A program made the position numbers and the translations under genes. 64,000 bases of DNA from Octopus bimaculoides (Eukaryota), in the NCBI RefSeq assembly GCF_001194135.2, contig NC_068996.1, forward strand, positions 22,908,540 to 22,972,539, written 5' to 3'. Below the pieces are notes generated by a model. That model did no database searches, was not told where the DNA came from, and saw only the letters and a list, made by a program, of their open reading frames with translations. This document shows positions 60,240-64,000 of this stretch, piece by piece (position 1 is the first letter of the stretch; each line of letters opens with the position of its first letter).

Positions 60240-62876
60240 AACAAAATACTTTTGCCCACCATTAACGGTGTAATCATCTACTTCATCATTCTCTTTCCCC
60301 GTTCCTATATGTTCGTAAATAGAATCTGTCAAATATTTACAAAATAATAATAATGCTTTCTACTATAGGCACAAAGCTTGAGATTTGGAGGAAGGGGGCT
60401 AATCGATTTCATTGACCCCAGTGCACAACTTGTACCTAAATTATCGATCCCAAAAGGGTGACGAGCAAAGCTGACCATGCNNNNNNNNNNNNNNNNNNNN
60501 NNNNNNNNNNNNNNNNNNNNNNNNNNNNNNNNNNNNNNNNNNNNNNNNNNNNNNNNNNNNNNNNNNNNNNNNNNNNNNNNNNNNNNNNNNNNNNNNNNNN
60601 NNNNNNNNNNNNNNNNNNNNNNNNNNNNNNNNNNNNNNNNNNNNNNNNNNNNNNNNNNNNNNNNNNNNNNNNNNNNNNNNNNNNNNNNNNNNNNNNNNNN
60701 NNNNNNNNNNNNNNNNNNNNNNNNNNNNNNNNNNNNNNNNNNNNNNNNNNNNNNNNNNNNNNNNNNNNNNNNNNNNNNNNNNNNNNNNNNNNNNNNNNNN
60801 NNNNNNNNNNNNNNNNNNNNNNNNNNNNNNNNNNNNNNNNNNNNNNNNNNNNNNNNNNNNNNTCGCATATTTCAAAAAAATTGATGAGGGGGAGGAAGCC
60901 TTTTTTGTTTGTTTGTTTTAAACTGAATTTAAAAATTTTATTCGTTATTCTTGTAGAGCGGCATTTATTTCTACAATATTTGGTAACTTAAAATACGGAA
61001 AATATTTTTGTTTTTATGAAAAACCATTGTTTAATATTCTTTCTTTTTTCTTCTTAAATTTTGGTAATTGTTTTGTTTTACCCCCTCGTCCTCCTCCACT
61101 GTTAACAATGTTGTTTCTGACATCGAAAAACTACATTACATTCATACCAACCAAACAAAACTAGATTTTTATTTTTAACGTCATCCTTGTGTTTGTTGAT
61201 TACTAATTAATTTTAACTTTTTCTTTTAAACCAATTTTGTTTTTACTTCAGTTTTACCTTATGTTGATAAAAAATCTTCGCAAAAAAACAAATGATCTTT
61301 GAGAAACATACATTTGACGGATTGTCTCGAGTGCCTTGTTTTAGAAGACATTTCTTTATGGTTTGTTTAACCCAAAAAAGCGAAACGCGATGTGACGAAT
61401 ATTTTTTAACTCTCTCCCTGTCCAAAATATTTTCATAAGTTTGTCTATGCATCCATACTTGTTCTCAGACCTTTTTATTAGCCCTCGTTTCATACGTTCA
61501 GGTAATATAAAGCTTTTCTTTCATAAGTCCCTAGTTACTTTGGTGATTGAAAAGACAGAAAACAAAAAAAAAAAAGGAATAAATCGGGGATGTATATCAT
61601 GGCTTTGCGTAAAAGAAAATACAAGGAGAGGATCAGTTAATTATGATTTTATTCAACGTATTCCTCTCTCAGATTCACNNNNNNNNNNNNNNNNNNNNNN
61701 NNNNNNNNNNNNNNNNNNNNNNNNNNNNNNNNNNNNNNNNNNNNNNNNNNNNNNNNNNNNNNNNNNNNNNNNNNNNNNGAGAAAATAAAAGTTAGTTGTG
61801 GCGTAGAGGTGGCTTCAAACTGTAGTTATGCTGTTACTATCTGCAGATTTTTTTTGTTTTTGTTTCCTAATCTCTTATCACAAATTGAAACCTGATTTCC
61901 TCCATGTGCATTATGTATTGAACAGGATTCTTGTTAGTTTCTATAACGAGGTCGTTTAACATCATTATTTCGTTGCACGAAAATATACATTTCCCTAGTC
62001 TTTCTAATTAAATTATGACGTAGTTTGTGGAAACTTGTTACGTGACCTATAATTGTACAGGTACACACGCACATATGTATGCATATATTAATGCATATAT
62101 ATATATATATATATATATATAAACACACGCACACATGCATACATAGCACACACGTGTTGTAATACAGATAAGTTTGTCTATTTATTCTCCTTGTAGGCCT
62201 TATCTACATTGAACTATCCGCTGTATTGTATGTACAGATTTTGCAAGTTTTCCATTTTCTCTCTCTCTCTCTCTCTTACACACACACACATACTAATTTG
62301 TAAAACGAGTTTTGTCATACTCATCACCATCATCATCAGTTAATTAATTCTCAGACATTCAAAAACTATAAAGGTTTTATTTCTTAGTCCCANNNNNNNN
62401 NNNNNNNNNNNNNNNNNNNNNNNNNNNNNNNNNNNNNNNNNNNNNNNNNNNNNNNNNNNNNNNNNNNNNNNNNNNNNNNNNNNNNNNNNNNNNNNNNNNN
62501 NNNNNNNNNNNNNNNNNNNNNNNNNNNNNNNNNNNNNNNNNNNNNNNNNNNNNNNNNNNNNNNNNNNNNNNNNNNNNNNNNNNNNNNNNNNNNNNNNNNN
62601 NNNNNNNNNNNNNNNNNNNNNNNNNNNNNNNNNNNNNNNNNNNNNNNNNNNNNNNNNNNNNNNNNNNNNNNNNNNNNNNNNNNNNNNNNNNNNNNNNNNN
62701 NNNNNNNNNNNNNNNNNNNNNNNNNNNNNNNNNNNNNNNNNNNNNNNNNNNNNNNNNNNNNNNNNNNNNNNNNNNNNNNNNNNNNNNAACAGAATAAATA
62801 TATGATGTTATTCCTAGATTTAGCTGAAAAAGAAAAAGGTAAATTAAAACTTTTTTCTTTGCTTAATGTATGAAGT

Positions 62877-62919
<43 letters not shown>

Positions 62920-63543
62920 CCTTTCTACTATAGGCACAAGGCCTGAAATGTTGGGGGAAGGGGACTAGTCAATAACATCGATCCCAGTGTGTAAATAATA
63001 CTTAATTTATCGACCCCGAAAGGTTGAAAGGCAAAATCGACCTCGGCGGAATTTGAACTCAGAACGTAAAGACAGGCGAAATACCACTAAGCATTTTGCC
63101 CGGCCTGCTAACGATTCTGGATGATAATAATAATAATATTTGCAATGATTAAAATCTTTAAAATTTTTCTTCATTAAGTATTAGCTTCCCCATCTCTTTT
63201 CTCTTACCTTCCATCTATGTGCCATTTAGCGACTATTGTCTTTTTAGGACACCAAAGGGGGGAAGGGTACCTTCTCACACACATCGTTTATATATATATA
63301 TATATATATGAATATACTTTATTTAAAAGCAGCAGAAATATGAATATATAAAGAGAGAGAGAGAGAGATTTTTAATGTTTCTTTTATGTAAATAACTTCA
63401 ACTATATATTTTTTCATTATCTTTAGCGTGTTTCAACTATCTTTTTGTGTTTCAAATTACACACACGAAAATATATATTTCATCACTTCGGCATAGCGAT
63501 ACTAGTAATCAATTCAGTCATTAGGACTGTATATGCATATTGC

Positions 63544-63580
<37 letters not shown>

Positions 63581-64000
63581 GCATTAGATAGACCGTAATA
63601 TTATATATAGGTATTGCGTGTGTATGCGTGTATGTATGTCATCTGTTGGTAAAAAAAAATATTCGATTCAAAATTACTGGATTATATATTAAAAGAATCA
63701 GCTTAGATGTTGTTACAGGATCGCATTAACTAGATTATCGGAAAATTGTTTATTTTGTTTATCAACTTTTGTTTTTGTTCCCTTCCACATAATAATAATA
63801 ATAATAATGATGATGATGATAATAATAATAATAATTGTTGTTATTGCTATTTTACTATTATTATTGATGTTCTTATTATTTCTAATTTCGGGAGGAAGCA
63901 AGTCGGTTACATCGACCCTTGTACTTCACAGTACTTTATTTTATTTCTTCTCCCGAGAGGATGAAAGGCAACACACAGATAATTAAGATATATCTTGATG

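Noticed and set aside
59200-64000. Additional gene in the CpG-retaining right end
   Set aside because: Only short ORFs, SINE/MITE fragments, microsatellites and gaps are visible. An exon hidden in a gap cannot be excluded.

Overview
AT-rich, microsatellite-dense animal genomic DNA with nine assembly gaps. The repeat content points to a cephalopod, probably Octopus; that is inference. One protein-coding gene is clearly supported: a two-exon Orai (CRAC Ca2+ channel pore subunit) on the minus strand. Exon 1 CDS is 25716-25871 and exon 2 CDS is 2130-2636, joined by a 23,079-bp phase-0 GT-AG intron to give 220 aa. The rest is mostly transposon debris from many lineages: RTE (three types), L1/Tx1, CR1-like, CRE- and R4/Dong-type restriction-endonuclease LINEs, a probable Penelope relic with a degenerate hammerhead ribozyme, Tc1/mariner, hAT and piggyBac-type MITEs, and several tRNA-derived SINE families. 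A ~40-bp pyrimidine-rich minisatellite is spread over ~29-44 kb. The most unusual observations are: (1) an inverted local copy of a Tx1 3' end plus its downstream SINE inside a 21-bp target duplication; (2) several fold-back hairpins; (3) the hammerhead motif; (4) a PHD-like finger inside RTE reverse transcriptase; (5) non-canonical residues at gating-relevant Orai positions; (6) a CpG-rich promoter-like zone at 53.8-55.4 kb that may be a distal Orai start. I found no CRISPR array, rRNA or true tRNA gene, and I cannot claim a wholly new system. Repeat boundaries were read by eye and are approximate.
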